Positions 8,566 through 18,468 are shown, counted from the stretch's first letter. The stretch: DNA of 39,143 nt from Cryobacterium sp. (GCA_046496385.1 JAWOHA010000089.1:1-39143); one strand, 5' to 3'. The notes: a model not told the origin generated them from the sequence alone. A program made the numbers and translations.

Positions 8566-9747
8566 ATGCCTGAGAATCCGACCACCCCAGCGCACCCGAA
8601 CGATCCCGAGAGCCCCCGGGCCCGCCCCGGCCTGCGGCGCTGGTGGAACCGGCACGGCCCCGCCGGCCGCAGCCCTGCCGGACCACGCGGCACCGGCACC
8701 GGCACCGGCACCGGCACCGGCACCGGCACCACGCTGGCTGAGGTGCTGGCCGCACGCGAACTCGCCCTCAGCGGCATCCGTGAAGGGGTGATCGCCGTGA
8801 ACGCGCAGGGTTCCATCACCCGCATGAACGAAACCGCCCGGTTGCTGCTGAACCTGCCGCTGTTCGCCGCCGGCAGTCGGCTGGGCCGGTTCGGACTGGA
8901 CTCGGGCACGGTCGGGGTGCTCAGTTCGCACGGCGCCGCCGACCGCGATCGGGCCATAGCCGCCGCCGGCCGCATGCTCGTGATCAACCAGGTCACCGTG
9001 CGGTCCCGGCGGGGAACGCCCGAGACGGTGACGACCCTGCAGGACCGCACCGAGCTGGTGACGCTGCGGCTCGCCGGTTCCAGCCGTCCGGGCCCGATGC
9101 AGTTGCCCGCGCCCAGCAACCAGACGGCGGAGTTCAGCCACCGCCTGCACACGATTGAGGCCATCATCGCGCTGGGAACGGAATCCGACGGCCTGATCGA
9201 CGCCATCTGCGCTGAAGACCGCGGCATTCTGACCGCCGTGATGGACCCGGCCGTCGCCGCACTGCTCACGCAGCGCACGAAGCGGGCTGCGTCACGCGGC
9301 GCACACCTCGCGCTCACCCCCGATTCGGCCCTGCCGCGCCTGGACCCCGCCACGAGCGTCGACGTCGTGACCGTGCTGGGCGCCCTGCTCGACAACGCCC
9401 TGGACTCCGTGGCCGGGTCTGCGGTGCGTCGCCTCACGGTCACGCTGGAATGCGTGGCGGCCGGCCCGACCGCGCCGCTGTCCGCGCGGCTGCTGGAGGT
9501 GCGCGTGTGCGTGCACGACACCGGCCCCGGCATCGCGGGCGGCCTGATCAACCATGTCTTCGAGATCGCGCATGTGGCGCCCACCCCGGTGCGGCAGCGG
9601 GCCGATTCCGGCGGTCTCGACACCGTGCAGCGCATCGCCGCCCGGCGCGGCGGCGCGGTTTCGTACCATCACGAGGATGGTGCGTCCTTCGAGGCACGGC
9701 TTCCGGTGCGCGCGATCGCCGCCGACCCCGTGCCCGGCCCGGCCTGA
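8566..9747 (+). CDS. Truncated/degenerate CitA-DcuS-type histidine kinase (PAS plus HATPase, no TM or sensor domain)
   Basis: GIREGVIAVN PAS start, LQDRTEL, EFSHRLHTI, LLDNALD, HDTGPGI, GASFEARLP. Start uncertain (8557 or 8566). Confidence 0.75.
   Translation: MPENPTTPAHPNDPESPRARPGLRRWWNRHGPAGRSPAGPRGTGTGTGTGTGTGTTLAEVLAARELALSGIREGVIAVNAQGSITRMNETARLLLNLPLFAAGSRLGRFGLDSGTVGVLSSHGAADRDRAIAAAGRMLVINQVTVRSRRGTPETVTTLQDRTELVTLRLAGSSRPGPMQLPAPSNQTAEFSHRLHTIEAIIALGTESDGLIDAICAEDRGILTAVMDPAVAALLTQRTKRAASRGAHLALTPDSALPRLDPATSVDVVTVLGALLDNALDSVAGSAVRRLTVTLECVAAGPTAPLSARLLEVRVCVHDTGPGIAGGLINHVFEIAHVAPTPVRQRADSGGLDTVQRIAARRGGAVSYHHEDGASFEARLPVRAIAADPVPGPA
8689..8730 (+). repeat. (GGCACC)7 microsatellite encoding (GT)7
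   Basis: Seven perfect hexamer copies, in frame. Confidence 0.95.
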
Positions 9748-9758
9748 GCTGGGCCGGG
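9733..9758. terminator. GC-rich hairpin between convergent kinase and rraA genes
   Basis: CCCGGCCCGGC-CTGA-GCTGGGCCGGG. Confidence 0.45.
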
Positions 9759-9771
9759 TGATGCTCGGGCG

Positions 9772-10236
9772 TCAGCGTTCGATCAGAATGCCGTCTTCGT
9801 CGCTGTAGACGGTGCGCCCCGGAACGAAGCGCACACCGCCGAACTCGACGTCGGCGTCGGTGACGCCCGAGCCGGTCTTGCCGCTCTTGCGCGGGTTGCT
9901 GCCGAGGGCCTTGACCCCGAGGTCCATGCCGAGCATGGCCACCCGGTCGCGGATCACACCGTTGATGATCACGCCGGCCCAGCCGTTCGCCACGGCGAGG
10001 TCGGCGATCATGTCTCCCATGAGCGCGGCGCCCAGCGACCCGCCGCCGTCGACGACGAGCACGGCGCCCTCGCCCGGGGTGGACAGCAACGCCTTGAGCC
10101 GGGCGTTGTCCTCCCAGCAGGTGACGGTGCGAATCGGTCCGCTGAAGCGGGCGTGACCGCCCAGGTTCTGCAGCTGCAGCCCGAGCGACTGCAGCTCGTC
10201 GCCCCGCTCGTCGTACAGGTCGGCGGTCGCGATCAT
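9772..10236 (-). CDS. rraA: RraA family protein (RNase E regulator / HMG aldolase-like)
   Basis: TADLYD, EDN, VLVVDGGGS, ALMGD, NGWAGVIINGVIRD, YSDEDGIL. GGAG RBS. Confidence 0.93.
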   Translation of the reverse strand: MIATADLYDERGDELQSLGLQLQNLGGHARFSGPIRTVTCWEDNARLKALLSTPGEGAVLVVDGGGSLGAALMGDMIADLAVANGWAGVIINGVIRDRVAMLGMDLGVKALGSNPRKSGKTGSGVTDADVEFGGVRFVPGRTVYSDEDGILIER

Positions 10237-10328
10237 GAGTGCTCTCCTCGGTCGATGCGCCGGGCCTGTGATCGCCGGGCGCTGCTGAACAGACTAGGGC
10301 ACCGGTCCCCCGCCGCCGGGCCGCCGAA

Positions 10329-10406
10329 AACAACCGGCGCAGCGAACAACCGGGCCAGCGAACAACCGGCGCAGCGAACAACCGGTTCAGCGAACAACCG
10401 GGGCAG
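10329..10406. repeat. 16-bp tandem repeat AACAACCGG-NN-CAGCG, about 5 copies
   Basis: Units at 10329, 10345, 10361, 10377, 10393; NN = CG, GC, CG, TT, GG. Confidence 0.92.
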
Positions 10407-10415
10407 AATGGGGCC

Positions 10416-10730
10416 ATGGCCACCGACCCGACGCACAGCGCCTCCGAACGACACCCGGCGCGCACGCACGCGATCGTGCGCGGACAGGTGCAGGGAGTGG
10501 GATTTCGTTACTTCACCCAGCGACAGGCTCGCCGGCTCGGCCTCACCGGCTTCGTGCGCAACCGCCTCGACGGCAGCGTGGAGGTCGCCGTGCAGGGCCC
10601 GCCCGCCGCGGTCGCCACACTGCTGCGGTGGCTGCACGCCGGGCCGCCGTCGGCCGTGGTCGAATCGGTGACGCTCACCGACATGGCAGCGGATCCCGCG
10701 GCCGGGCCGGATTTTCAGATCAGGCACTGA
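10416..10730 (+). CDS. acyP: Acylphosphatase
   Basis: [11 protein letters not shown] and [12 protein letters not shown] signatures, GPPSAVV. Confidence 0.93.
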   Translation: MATDPTHSASERHPARTHAIVRGQVQGVGFRYFTQRQARRLGLTGFVRNRLDGSVEVAVQGPPAAVATLLRWLHAGPPSAVVESVTLTDMAADPAAGPDFQIRH

Positions 10731-10793
10731 GACGTCGGGGTGCAGGCCCGCCTCCGGGCCGCGGATGCCGACTCGAGCGCCCGCACCGACCGG

Positions 10794-12926
10794 TCAGGCG
10801 ACCGCGGTCACCGAGTACAGGGCGGCCTGCTCCGGAGCCAGCAGAGGCGCTGGAAGCCCCAGCTCGGCGAGCACCGCGCCGCTGAAAACCGGCTCGGGGC
10901 GGGCGCTCAGCCACGGCGGCGCGGCATCCTGAACGGTGAGCGGCGGTGAGCCGACCGAAAGCGGCCGCACCCGGTACCGAACATGCGGGTGCAGGCCGGG
11001 AAACCGCAACGGTGCCGGCAGCGCCGAGCGGGGCGCAGCGAGGGCAATGGCGGCGAACACCGCCACGGTCCGGTCCGGCGACACCACCCCGTGCAGTTCG
11101 AGGGCCGCATCGGAACCATCGGCGTGCACCACCACACCGGCGTGCAGCAGCGGCCGCAACGCCTTGTACTGGCCGATCCACTCCGCGATGGTGGCGAGTT
11201 CCGTTGCACTGGCCTGGGTGAGGTCCCACTCGATGCCGGCGCTGCCGAACAGCGCCGTGACCAGGCGAAATCCGAGCGCGGCGGTGCGGCCGGTCGTGTG
11301 CGCCATCGGGGCGCCGAGGTGCCCGCCGAGGTATTCGGGCGGCACCAGCACGCTCGTGTAGCGCTGTATCTGTTGGCGCTCGAGCGGGTCGTTGGTGTCG
11401 CTGGTCCAGACCCGGTCGACTCGCTCGAGCACCCCGAGGTCGATGCGGGCACCCCCCGAGGCACACGATTCGATCTCAACATCGGGATGCGCGGCCCGCA
11501 GGGCGTCGAGCAGCCGGTAGAACGCGCCGGTCTGCGCGTGCACGGACCCGGCCAGCAGGTCCCGGTTGTGGTCCCATTTCAGGTAGGCGATCGGGTATTC
11601 GGTGAGCAGCGCGGTGAGCCGGGCGAGAATCCACCCGTACGCCTCGCTATTGCCGAGGTCGAGCACCCTCTGGTGGCGCCATTCCGGAGCGTCGCGACCG
11701 CCCAGGATCCACTCGGGGTGGGCCCGGGCCAGGTCTGAGTCGGCGCTGATCATTTCCGGTTCGACCCAGAGGCCGAAGTCCATGCCCGCTTCCCGCACTC
11801 GGGCGATGAGCGGATGCAGCCCGGCCGGCCAGGCCTCCGGGGAGACGAACCAGTCGCCGAGTGCCCGTCGGTCATCGCTGCGGCCGGTGAACCAGCCGTC
11901 GTCGAGCACGAAGCGTTCCACACCGACCCGGGCTGCGGTATCGACCAGGCGTTCCAGGGTGGGCAGGTCGTGATCGAAGTACACGGCTTCCCAGGTGTTC
12001 AGAACCACCGGGCGGGCGGCCGTGCGGTGCGACGGCCACCGGCGAATCCAGGAATGCAGGCGGTCGGAGAGCCCGTCGAGGCCGTCGGCGGAGTAGACGA
12101 ACACCGCCCAGGGCGCGGTGTAGCCGTCACCGGGGGGCACGCTGACCTCCCCGGGGGCGAGCAGCTCGCCGACGCCGAGCACGACCGGTCCGAGCGCTGA
12201 GCTTTCGGCCCAGACCCGTTTGTCGCCGCTCCAGGCGAGGTGGGTCGCCCAGACCTCTCCGGTGCGAAAACCGAACCCGGGCGTGCCGGCCACGGTGAGA
12301 AACGGGTCATCGTGGCCGGGACGGCCGTGCCGGGACTCACGGCACCAGGTGCCGTGTCCGAGGTTTGTGCGCTGCGGTCGACGTTCGTGCGTCCACAGCC
12401 CGGTGAAGTCGAGAATCTCCCGGGCCCGGTCGGGCACCGGCAGGATCGTGTCGAGGGCGCCGAGCTCGAAGGGCGTGTCCCCCGTGTTGTCGAGGCGGTG
12501 CCGCAGACGCAGCACACCCTGCGGGGTGAACTCCAGTTCGGTCGTCACCGAGACGGCTGCCGCGTCGTCGCGCAGCTCGAACGTCACCGCGATCACGCCC
12601 TGGCTGCTGTTCTCGATGAATTCGAGGCTGCCGAGCCTGAAGCTCAGCGCGCCGTGCCCGCCGCCGGCCCGACGGTCACCGCTGCGAAAGCCGCTGACGC
12701 CGGGGCGGCCGGTCCAGCCTTCCCCGAGGGTGGGCAGGGCCGACAGCCGCAACGGCAGGTCGATGGAACTGGGCGCGATCGCCGGCACCACGGCATCCGC
12801 GATCTGGCGGAGTTGGCGCTGGTCGAGCGGCCCGAGGTCGGCGCCCCAGTGCACGAACAGGGGAACGCCCGTGCCGCGGGTGTCCAGAGCGAAGCTGGTG
12901 CCTGCGGCACGGCCGTAGTGGATCAA
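10794..12926 (-). CDS. Alpha-galactosidase, GH36
   Basis: LNTWEAVYFD, FVLDDGWF, FGLWVEPEM, YLKWDHNR (nucleophile), ESCASGGAR, WTSDTND (acid/base). Confidence 0.95.
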   Translation of the reverse strand: MIHYGRAAGTSFALDTRGTGVPLFVHWGADLGPLDQRQLRQIADAVVPAIAPSSIDLPLRLSALPTLGEGWTGRPGVSGFRSGDRRAGGGHGALSFRLGSLEFIENSSQGVIAVTFELRDDAAAVSVTTELEFTPQGVLRLRHRLDNTGDTPFELGALDTILPVPDRAREILDFTGLWTHERRPQRTNLGHGTWCRESRHGRPGHDDPFLTVAGTPGFGFRTGEVWATHLAWSGDKRVWAESSALGPVVLGVGELLAPGEVSVPPGDGYTAPWAVFVYSADGLDGLSDRLHSWIRRWPSHRTAARPVVLNTWEAVYFDHDLPTLERLVDTAARVGVERFVLDDGWFTGRSDDRRALGDWFVSPEAWPAGLHPLIARVREAGMDFGLWVEPEMISADSDLARAHPEWILGGRDAPEWRHQRVLDLGNSEAYGWILARLTALLTEYPIAYLKWDHNRDLLAGSVHAQTGAFYRLLDALRAAHPDVEIESCASGGARIDLGVLERVDRVWTSDTNDPLERQQIQRYTSVLVPPEYLGGHLGAPMAHTTGRTAALGFRLVTALFGSAGIEWDLTQASATELATIAEWIGQYKALRPLLHAGVVVHADGSDAALELHGVVSPDRTVAVFAAIALAAPRSALPAPLRFPGLHPHVRYRVRPLSVGSPPLTVQDAAPPWLSARPEPVFSGAVLAELGLPAPLLAPEQAALYSVTAVA

Positions 12927-13008
12927 CGGGTGTCTCCCTGTTCGTGCTGGTCATTCAGCCGGCACCGGGGTACACGGCGCGAGCGGGCGGAAAGTGTCTA
13001 CCCTGACC

Positions 13009-14343
13009 CTATTCCTTGACGGGAATGGACTGTGCCTTGAGGGCGTCAATCGTGGATTTCTCCCCGCTGGTGAGCGCCTCCGCGAGCGTGCCCTGGCCGG
13101 TGACGGCGGCCTTGAACCCATCGGACACGTCGTTGTAGGTCTGGGTCATCGTCGGTCCCCAGACGAAGTCCGGCGACACCTCGCTGGAGGCCGCGGCGAA
13201 GACGTCGTAGATGGCCTGACCGCCGTAGAAGTCGACCCCTTCCTTGAGTACGGGCAGGTTGAGGCCCTCTTGCGCGGCCGGGTACAGGTTGGCGGATTCG
13301 TTGAGCATGGTGAGTGATTCGTCGGAGGTGTTCAGCCAGAGGGCGAACTGCGCGGCCTCGTAGGGGTGCTCGGAACCGGTGAAGACGGCCGTCGAGGACC
13401 CTCCCCAGTTGCCACTGGCCGCATCGTCGGTGTCCCACTGCGGGCTGGTGGCGACGGACCAGTTGCCGGCGGTGTCGGGCGCGCCACTCGCGATCGAGTT
13501 GGCGCCCCAGGCGGCGGAGTTCCAGGTCCAGGCGGCGCCGGTGTTGTAGGCGTTGTCCCACTCGGTGGTCCACGGCGGGGTGGTCGAGACGAGGTCGCGA
13601 TCGATCAGGTCCTGCCAGTAGTCGGCGACCTTGGTGGACACGTCATCCGTGAAGTCGACCGACCAGTCGGTGCCGTCATTCTCGAACCAGCTGCCGCCGG
13701 CCTGCCAGACCAAGCCGGCGAACTGGTTGATGTCGCTCTGCGAGAAGTTGGTGATGTAGGCCCCGGTCGCGCGAACCTGTTCGGCCGCCACGGCGTACTC
13801 CTCCCACGTGGTGGGCACGGCGATGTTGTTCGCGGCGAAGAGGTCCGAGCGGTAGAACATCGCCATCGGGCCGGAATCCTGCGGAATGGCGTAGACAGCG
13901 TCGTCTTCACCGAAGTTGACCTGGCCCCAGGTCCAGTCGACGAAGTCGCTCTTCGCGTCGAGCACCCCGTCGCAGGCGGCGAGGTTGGTCAGACCGCTCT
14001 GAACGCGGAAGTTGGGCAGGGCGTCGTATTCGATCTGGCCGAGGTCGGGGGCGTTGCCCGCTTTGAGCTGATTGAAGAAGTTCTGGTACGTGCCGCCGTT
14101 ACCGTTCGGTCCGGTCTGAACCGCAACCTGGATGTCGGGGTTGGCCTCGTTCCACACATCGACGACGTCTTCGATTCCGGGAATCCAGGATGTGAAGGTG
14201 AGGTTGACTTGACCGGTTGACGGGTCGCAGGCGCCGGCATCGGCGCCGCCGCTGGTCGACGAGCCACCGGTGGCGCAGCCGCTGAGTGCGACCGTCGAGG
14301 CTGTGAGCAGGGCAACGACGACCGCTCGTTTCGTTCGGGACAT
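13009..14343 (-). CDS. Sugar ABC transporter substrate-binding lipoprotein
   Basis: Signal with lipobox LSGC, APDL, YAIPQDSGPMAMFYRSDLF, GNWGGS. AAGGA RBS before ATG 14343. Confidence 0.93.
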   Translation of the reverse strand: MSRTKRAVVVALLTASTVALSGCATGGSSTSGGADAGACDPSTGQVNLTFTSWIPGIEDVVDVWNEANPDIQVAVQTGPNGNGGTYQNFFNQLKAGNAPDLGQIEYDALPNFRVQSGLTNLAACDGVLDAKSDFVDWTWGQVNFGEDDAVYAIPQDSGPMAMFYRSDLFAANNIAVPTTWEEYAVAAEQVRATGAYITNFSQSDINQFAGLVWQAGGSWFENDGTDWSVDFTDDVSTKVADYWQDLIDRDLVSTTPPWTTEWDNAYNTGAAWTWNSAAWGANSIASGAPDTAGNWSVATSPQWDTDDAASGNWGGSSTAVFTGSEHPYEAAQFALWLNTSDESLTMLNESANLYPAAQEGLNLPVLKEGVDFYGGQAIYDVFAAASSEVSPDFVWGPTMTQTYNDVSDGFKAAVTGQGTLAEALTSGEKSTIDALKAQSIPVKE

Positions 14344-14414
14344 GGTGATCCTTTTCTTGGGAGGGTGATGGAGGGGAAGAGGGACGGGGAAGTGTGTGGG
14401 GGCACGCACGCCGG

Positions 14415-15338
14415 TCATTTCAGGCCGCCGGCGCCGAGGCCGTTACGCCAGAACCGCTGCAGCAGCAAGAAGGTGATGATCAGCGGGATGATCGAGAGCA
14501 GCGCGCCGATCAGCACGTAGCCGCGCAGTTCCGGGATCTGGTTGACCTGGGAATTCCAGGCGTACAGGCCGAGCGTGACCGGGAACAGGGTCTCATCGCG
14601 CAGCATGACCAGCGGCAGGAAGAAGTTGTTCCAGATGGCCACGAATTGGAACAGGAACACCGTCACCAGGGCCGGGGTCATCAACCGCACCGAGACGGTG
14701 AAGAAGGTGCGCACTTCACCGGCCCCATCGAGGCGGGCGGCCTCGATGAGTTCATCGGGCACACTCGCGGCAGCGTAGATGCGCGCGAGGTACACGCCGA
14801 ACGGGCTGACCAGGCTGGGCAGGAACACCGACCAGAACGTGTTGGTGAGGTTGATCTGGCTGAAGATCAGGAACAACGGCAGCGCCAGCGCCGTCGCCGG
14901 CACCAGAACCCCGCCGAGCACGATGTTGAACAGGGACTCCCGCCCGGGAAAGCGGTATTTGGCCAGCGCGTAGCCGCACATCGCCGCGAGGATCGTGGCG
15001 ATCAGCGCGCCGCCGCCGGCGTAGGCGATGCTGTTGAGCATCCACTTGAGGTAGACGCCGTCGCGGTAGCTGACCAGGTCGGTGATGTTCTCAACGAGGT
15101 TGAAATCGGCGAACCAGAGGGGGTTGGTGCTGGTGAACTGGGCACTGCTCTTGGTGCCGGCCACGAAGAGCCACCAGATGGGAACCAGGAAGTAGAGCGT
15201 GAAAACGGCCATGACCGTCATGGCGCTGACCCGGGAGAACATGCTCTCCCGGGGTCCGCGGGCGCGGGGCGGCCGCGAACGACGGGTGCGGCCCGCGGCG
15301 AGCGGCCCGGCGGTGGGGGTGTCGATGACGCGGCTCAT
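14415..15338 (-). CDS. Carbohydrate ABC permease (MalG-like)
   Basis: EAA motif ELIEAARLDGAGE, GYALAKYRFPGR, WNNFFLPL. Confidence 0.95.
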   Translation of the reverse strand: MSRVIDTPTAGPLAAGRTRRSRPPRARGPRESMFSRVSAMTVMAVFTLYFLVPIWWLFVAGTKSSAQFTSTNPLWFADFNLVENITDLVSYRDGVYLKWMLNSIAYAGGGALIATILAAMCGYALAKYRFPGRESLFNIVLGGVLVPATALALPLFLIFSQINLTNTFWSVFLPSLVSPFGVYLARIYAAASVPDELIEAARLDGAGEVRTFFTVSVRLMTPALVTVFLFQFVAIWNNFFLPLVMLRDETLFPVTLGLYAWNSQVNQIPELRGYVLIGALLSIIPLIITFLLLQRFWRNGLGAGGLK

Positions 15339-16276
15339 TTCTCGTCCTTTCGCTGGGTGAATTTCAGGAACGCGAACGAGAGGATGAACGTGGCGAGGGC
15401 CAGCACCACGGAGAACGCGGCCGCCAGGTTGAAGTTCGGGATCGAGGAGGTCGAGTAGACCGTGAGGTTCGGGGTGAAGGTGCTGGTGACGGCGCTGCTG
15501 AAGCTGCGGAACACCTGCGGTTCGGCGAGCAGCTGCAGGGTGCCGATGATGGAGAAGATCGCCGTGAGGGTGATCGCCGGGAAGATCAGCGGGATCTTGA
15601 TCGACCAGGCGATGCGCAGCTGGCCGGCCCCGTCAAGGCGGGCGGCCTCGTAGAGCTCGGCGGGGATGGCCAGCAACGAGGAGTAGATGATGAGCATGTT
15701 GTACCCCACGAAGACCCAGGTCACAACGTTGGCGATGGCCCACAGCACCAGATCGGCCGAGAGAAAGTTGATGTTGCTCGTGACAGCACTGAACGGTGAC
15801 AGGCTCGGGGAGTAGAGGAATCCCCACATGATCGCCGCGATGACTCCCGGAACGGCATACGGAACGAAGAAGGCAAGCCGGAAGAAACGCTTTCCACGCA
15901 GCAGCGGAGAGTCCAGCAGCAGCGCGAACAGCAGCGCGAGACCGAGCATGATCGGCACCTGCACCGCACCGAAGGTCAACACCCGGGCGATGGATTCCCA
16001 GAACGGCCCGTTCTGGAACACGAGCACGTACTGGGTCAACCCGCCGAACACTTCACGGGCCTCACCGAAGGTGCCGTCCCGTTCGATCACGAGCAACGAC
16101 TGGTAGATGGCATAACCGATCGGCGCCAGATAGAACAGCGTGAACAGAACACTGAACGGCACGACGAAGATCAGAATGGCCAGCGGGTGCTGCACGCGAG
16201 GCCGCGGGGGCCGCGGGGGCCGCGTCGGAGCATCCGTTCGCGGCACGGTTCGGGTCAGATCGACGGATGCGCTCAT
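15335..16276 (-). CDS. Carbohydrate ABC permease (MalF-like)
   Basis: EAA motif ELYEAARLDGAG. ATG 16276 overlaps the GH42 stop codon. Confidence 0.93.
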   Translation of the reverse strand: MSASVDLTRTVPRTDAPTRPPRPPRPRVQHPLAILIFVVPFSVLFTLFYLAPIGYAIYQSLLVIERDGTFGEAREVFGGLTQYVLVFQNGPFWESIARVLTFGAVQVPIMLGLALLFALLLDSPLLRGKRFFRLAFFVPYAVPGVIAAIMWGFLYSPSLSPFSAVTSNINFLSADLVLWAIANVVTWVFVGYNMLIIYSSLLAIPAELYEAARLDGAGQLRIAWSIKIPLIFPAITLTAIFSIIGTLQLLAEPQVFRSFSSAVTSTFTPNLTVYSTSSIPNFNLAAAFSVVLALATFILSFAFLKFTQRKDEK

Positions 16277-18363
16277 GCGGAGGGGTCCTCTCTGATGACG
16301 CGCACGGCTCCGGCCGGAACGCTGATGACGGCGGTGACCGGGGCGTCGGTGACCAGTTCGTGGCCCCGGGCGGGCACCGAGACCGGCCGCTCTGCGTGGT
16401 TGATCACGAAGAGGTAGCTGGGGCGCCCGCTGCCGGCGGGCGCCCGGCGACGCACCACCTCGACGGTGCCGTCGCTCTCGGGGCCGACCGGGGCCAGTTC
16501 GGCGTCTGCGGCGACCGTGCGCAGGGTGTCGCACAGCGCTGCGGGGTCGAGGGCCGTCGCGAGGTACCAGGCGGCGCCCGCACCGTGGTCATTGCGGGTG
16601 ATCGCCGGTACTCCCGGCACCGGACCATCGCTGTACCGGTCGATGGTCGCGGCGCTCGTGGTGCGCAGCCGTTCGGTCCAGAGCGAGGCGCGAGCGCCCG
16701 ACTCGAGGTGCACGCGGTCGCCGGGCAGCAGCGGGGTGAACTCCTCAACGGTGATGCCGAGAAGGTCGCGGAACGCGCCCGGGTAGCCGCCGAGGCGCAC
16801 CCGGTCATCGTCGTCGACGATGCCGCTGAAGAAGGTGACGACCGCGTGGCCGCCGGCGGCGACGTAGTCGATGAGGTTCGCAGCCTGCCGGTCGGAGACC
16901 ATGTACAGGTTCGGGGCGATCACGAGCCGGTAGCCGCTGAGGTCGGCGTCGGGCGAGACGACGTCGACGGTGTGGCCGAGCTGGTGCAGAGCCGTGTAGA
17001 CGGCGTGCACCTGGTCGAGGTACCGCACCTCGTGGGAGGGACGAGACTCGCCATCGCCCGACCACCACGCCGGCCAGCTGAAGATCAGGGCGGCCTGAGC
17101 CTCGACGACGGTTCCCACGATCTCGTCCAGCCGGTTCAGGGTCGCGCCCAACTCCACGACCTCGCGCCAGAGCCGGGTGTCGGTTCCGGCGTGCGGCAGC
17201 AGGGCGGAGTGGAATTTCTCCGAGCCCTGAACGGATGCCCGCCACTGGAAGAAGCAGACCGCTTCGGCCCCGCGCGCCACGTGGGCGAGGGAGTTGCGGG
17301 TCATCTGGCCGGGGGCCTTGGCGAGATTGTGCGGCTGCCAGTTGACGGCGCCGGTGGACTGTTCCATCAGCAGCCAGGGCGCTCCCCCGGCCAGCCCCCG
17401 GGTCAGGTCTGCCGAGAAGGCCAGCTCGGTCGTGGGGTCGGCGAGACGGTGGTCGAGGTAGTGGTCGTTGGCCACGATGTCCATCTCGGGGGCCCAGCTC
17501 CAGTAGTCGAGGTTCTGGATATGGGCGGTGACCATGAAATTGGTCGTCACGGGTATGGTGCTGTGGCGGCGGATGATGTCGCGTTCGCGGCGGTAGTAGT
17601 CGAGCAGCTCGTCGGAGCTGAAGCGGTGGAAGTCGAGCACCTGGCCGGGGTTGCGGCTGGACAGGGTGCGCAGGGGCGGCAGGATTTCTGCCCAGTCACT
17701 GTAGCCCTGGCTCCAGAAGGAGGTGCCCCAGGCCGCGTTCAGGGCGGCGATGGTGCGATAGCGGGCCGTCAGCCAGCGTCGGAATGCCGCCGCCGAGGTG
17801 TCGCAGTAGCACAGCGCATTGTGGCAGCCGAGCTCGTTGGAGACGTGCCAGAGGGCCACGGCGGGGTGCCGGCCGTAGCGCTTCGCGACCCGCTCCACGA
17901 GGGCGAAGGCGCGGTCGCGGAAAACCGGTGAGCTCGGGCACCAGGCCTGGCGCCCGCCGGGGAAACGCCGGGTGCCGTCGTCGGCCACGGGCAGCATGTC
18001 GGGGTGCAGCGTGGTCAGCCAGGGCGGCGGAGACGAGGTGCCGGTGCCGAGATTGATGCGGATTCCGGCGTCGTGCAGCAGCTCGATGATCGAGTCGAGG
18101 GAGGCGAAGTCGAAGGCCCCGGAGCGCGGCTCCAGATGCGCCCAGCCGAAGATGTTGATCGCGACGAGGTCGACGCCGGCCTCGCGCATGAGGCGCACGT
18201 CGTGGGGCCAGAGATCGGGGCTCCACTGTTCGGGGTTGTAGTCACAGCCGTAGGCGATGCCGGGGTGGGTGAACACCGGCCGGGGCGCGGCGGTGCGGGC
18301 GGGCTCGGTGCGGGCGGGCTCGGTGTAGGCGGGCTCGGTGTAGGCGATGGCTGGGGTGTTCAT
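16273..18363 (-). CDS. Beta-galactosidase, GH42
   Basis: YGCDYNPEQW, FGWAHLEP, WHVSNE (acid/base), LMEQS (nucleophile), FFQWR, EKFH. GGAG RBS before ATG 18363. Confidence 0.95.
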   Translation of the reverse strand: MNTPAIAYTEPAYTEPARTEPARTAAPRPVFTHPGIAYGCDYNPEQWSPDLWPHDVRLMREAGVDLVAINIFGWAHLEPRSGAFDFASLDSIIELLHDAGIRINLGTGTSSPPPWLTTLHPDMLPVADDGTRRFPGGRQAWCPSSPVFRDRAFALVERVAKRYGRHPAVALWHVSNELGCHNALCYCDTSAAAFRRWLTARYRTIAALNAAWGTSFWSQGYSDWAEILPPLRTLSSRNPGQVLDFHRFSSDELLDYYRRERDIIRRHSTIPVTTNFMVTAHIQNLDYWSWAPEMDIVANDHYLDHRLADPTTELAFSADLTRGLAGGAPWLLMEQSTGAVNWQPHNLAKAPGQMTRNSLAHVARGAEAVCFFQWRASVQGSEKFHSALLPHAGTDTRLWREVVELGATLNRLDEIVGTVVEAQAALIFSWPAWWSGDGESRPSHEVRYLDQVHAVYTALHQLGHTVDVVSPDADLSGYRLVIAPNLYMVSDRQAANLIDYVAAGGHAVVTFFSGIVDDDDRVRLGGYPGAFRDLLGITVEEFTPLLPGDRVHLESGARASLWTERLRTTSAATIDRYSDGPVPGVPAITRNDHGAGAAWYLATALDPAALCDTLRTVAADAELAPVGPESDGTVEVVRRRAPAGSGRPSYLFVINHAERPVSVPARGHELVTDAPVTAVISVPAGAVRVIREDPSA

Positions 18364-18401
18364 GGTCTCTCCATCAGGGCGTGTCGGGCCGGCAACGTCA
18401 G

Positions 18402-18421
18402 TTCTGTGAACGTGCACAGAA
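18402..18421. promoter_or_regulatory. LacI-type operator 1 (galactoside locus)
   Basis: TTCTGTGAACGTGCACAGAA, near-perfect palindrome with central CG. Confidence 0.8.
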
Positions 18422-18446
18422 TGAAGAGCGACACCTCGTCAATGAG

Positions 18447-18468
18447 AGTCTGTGAACGTACACAGACT
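18447..18468. promoter_or_regulatory. LacI-type operator 2 (galactoside locus)
   Basis: AGTCTGTGAACGTACACAGACT, near-perfect palindrome with the same core as operator 1. Confidence 0.8.

Noticed and set aside
10329-10406. Possible CRISPR array
   Set aside because: Repeat units are 16 bp with only 2 variable bases, there are no spacers, and no cas genes are present.
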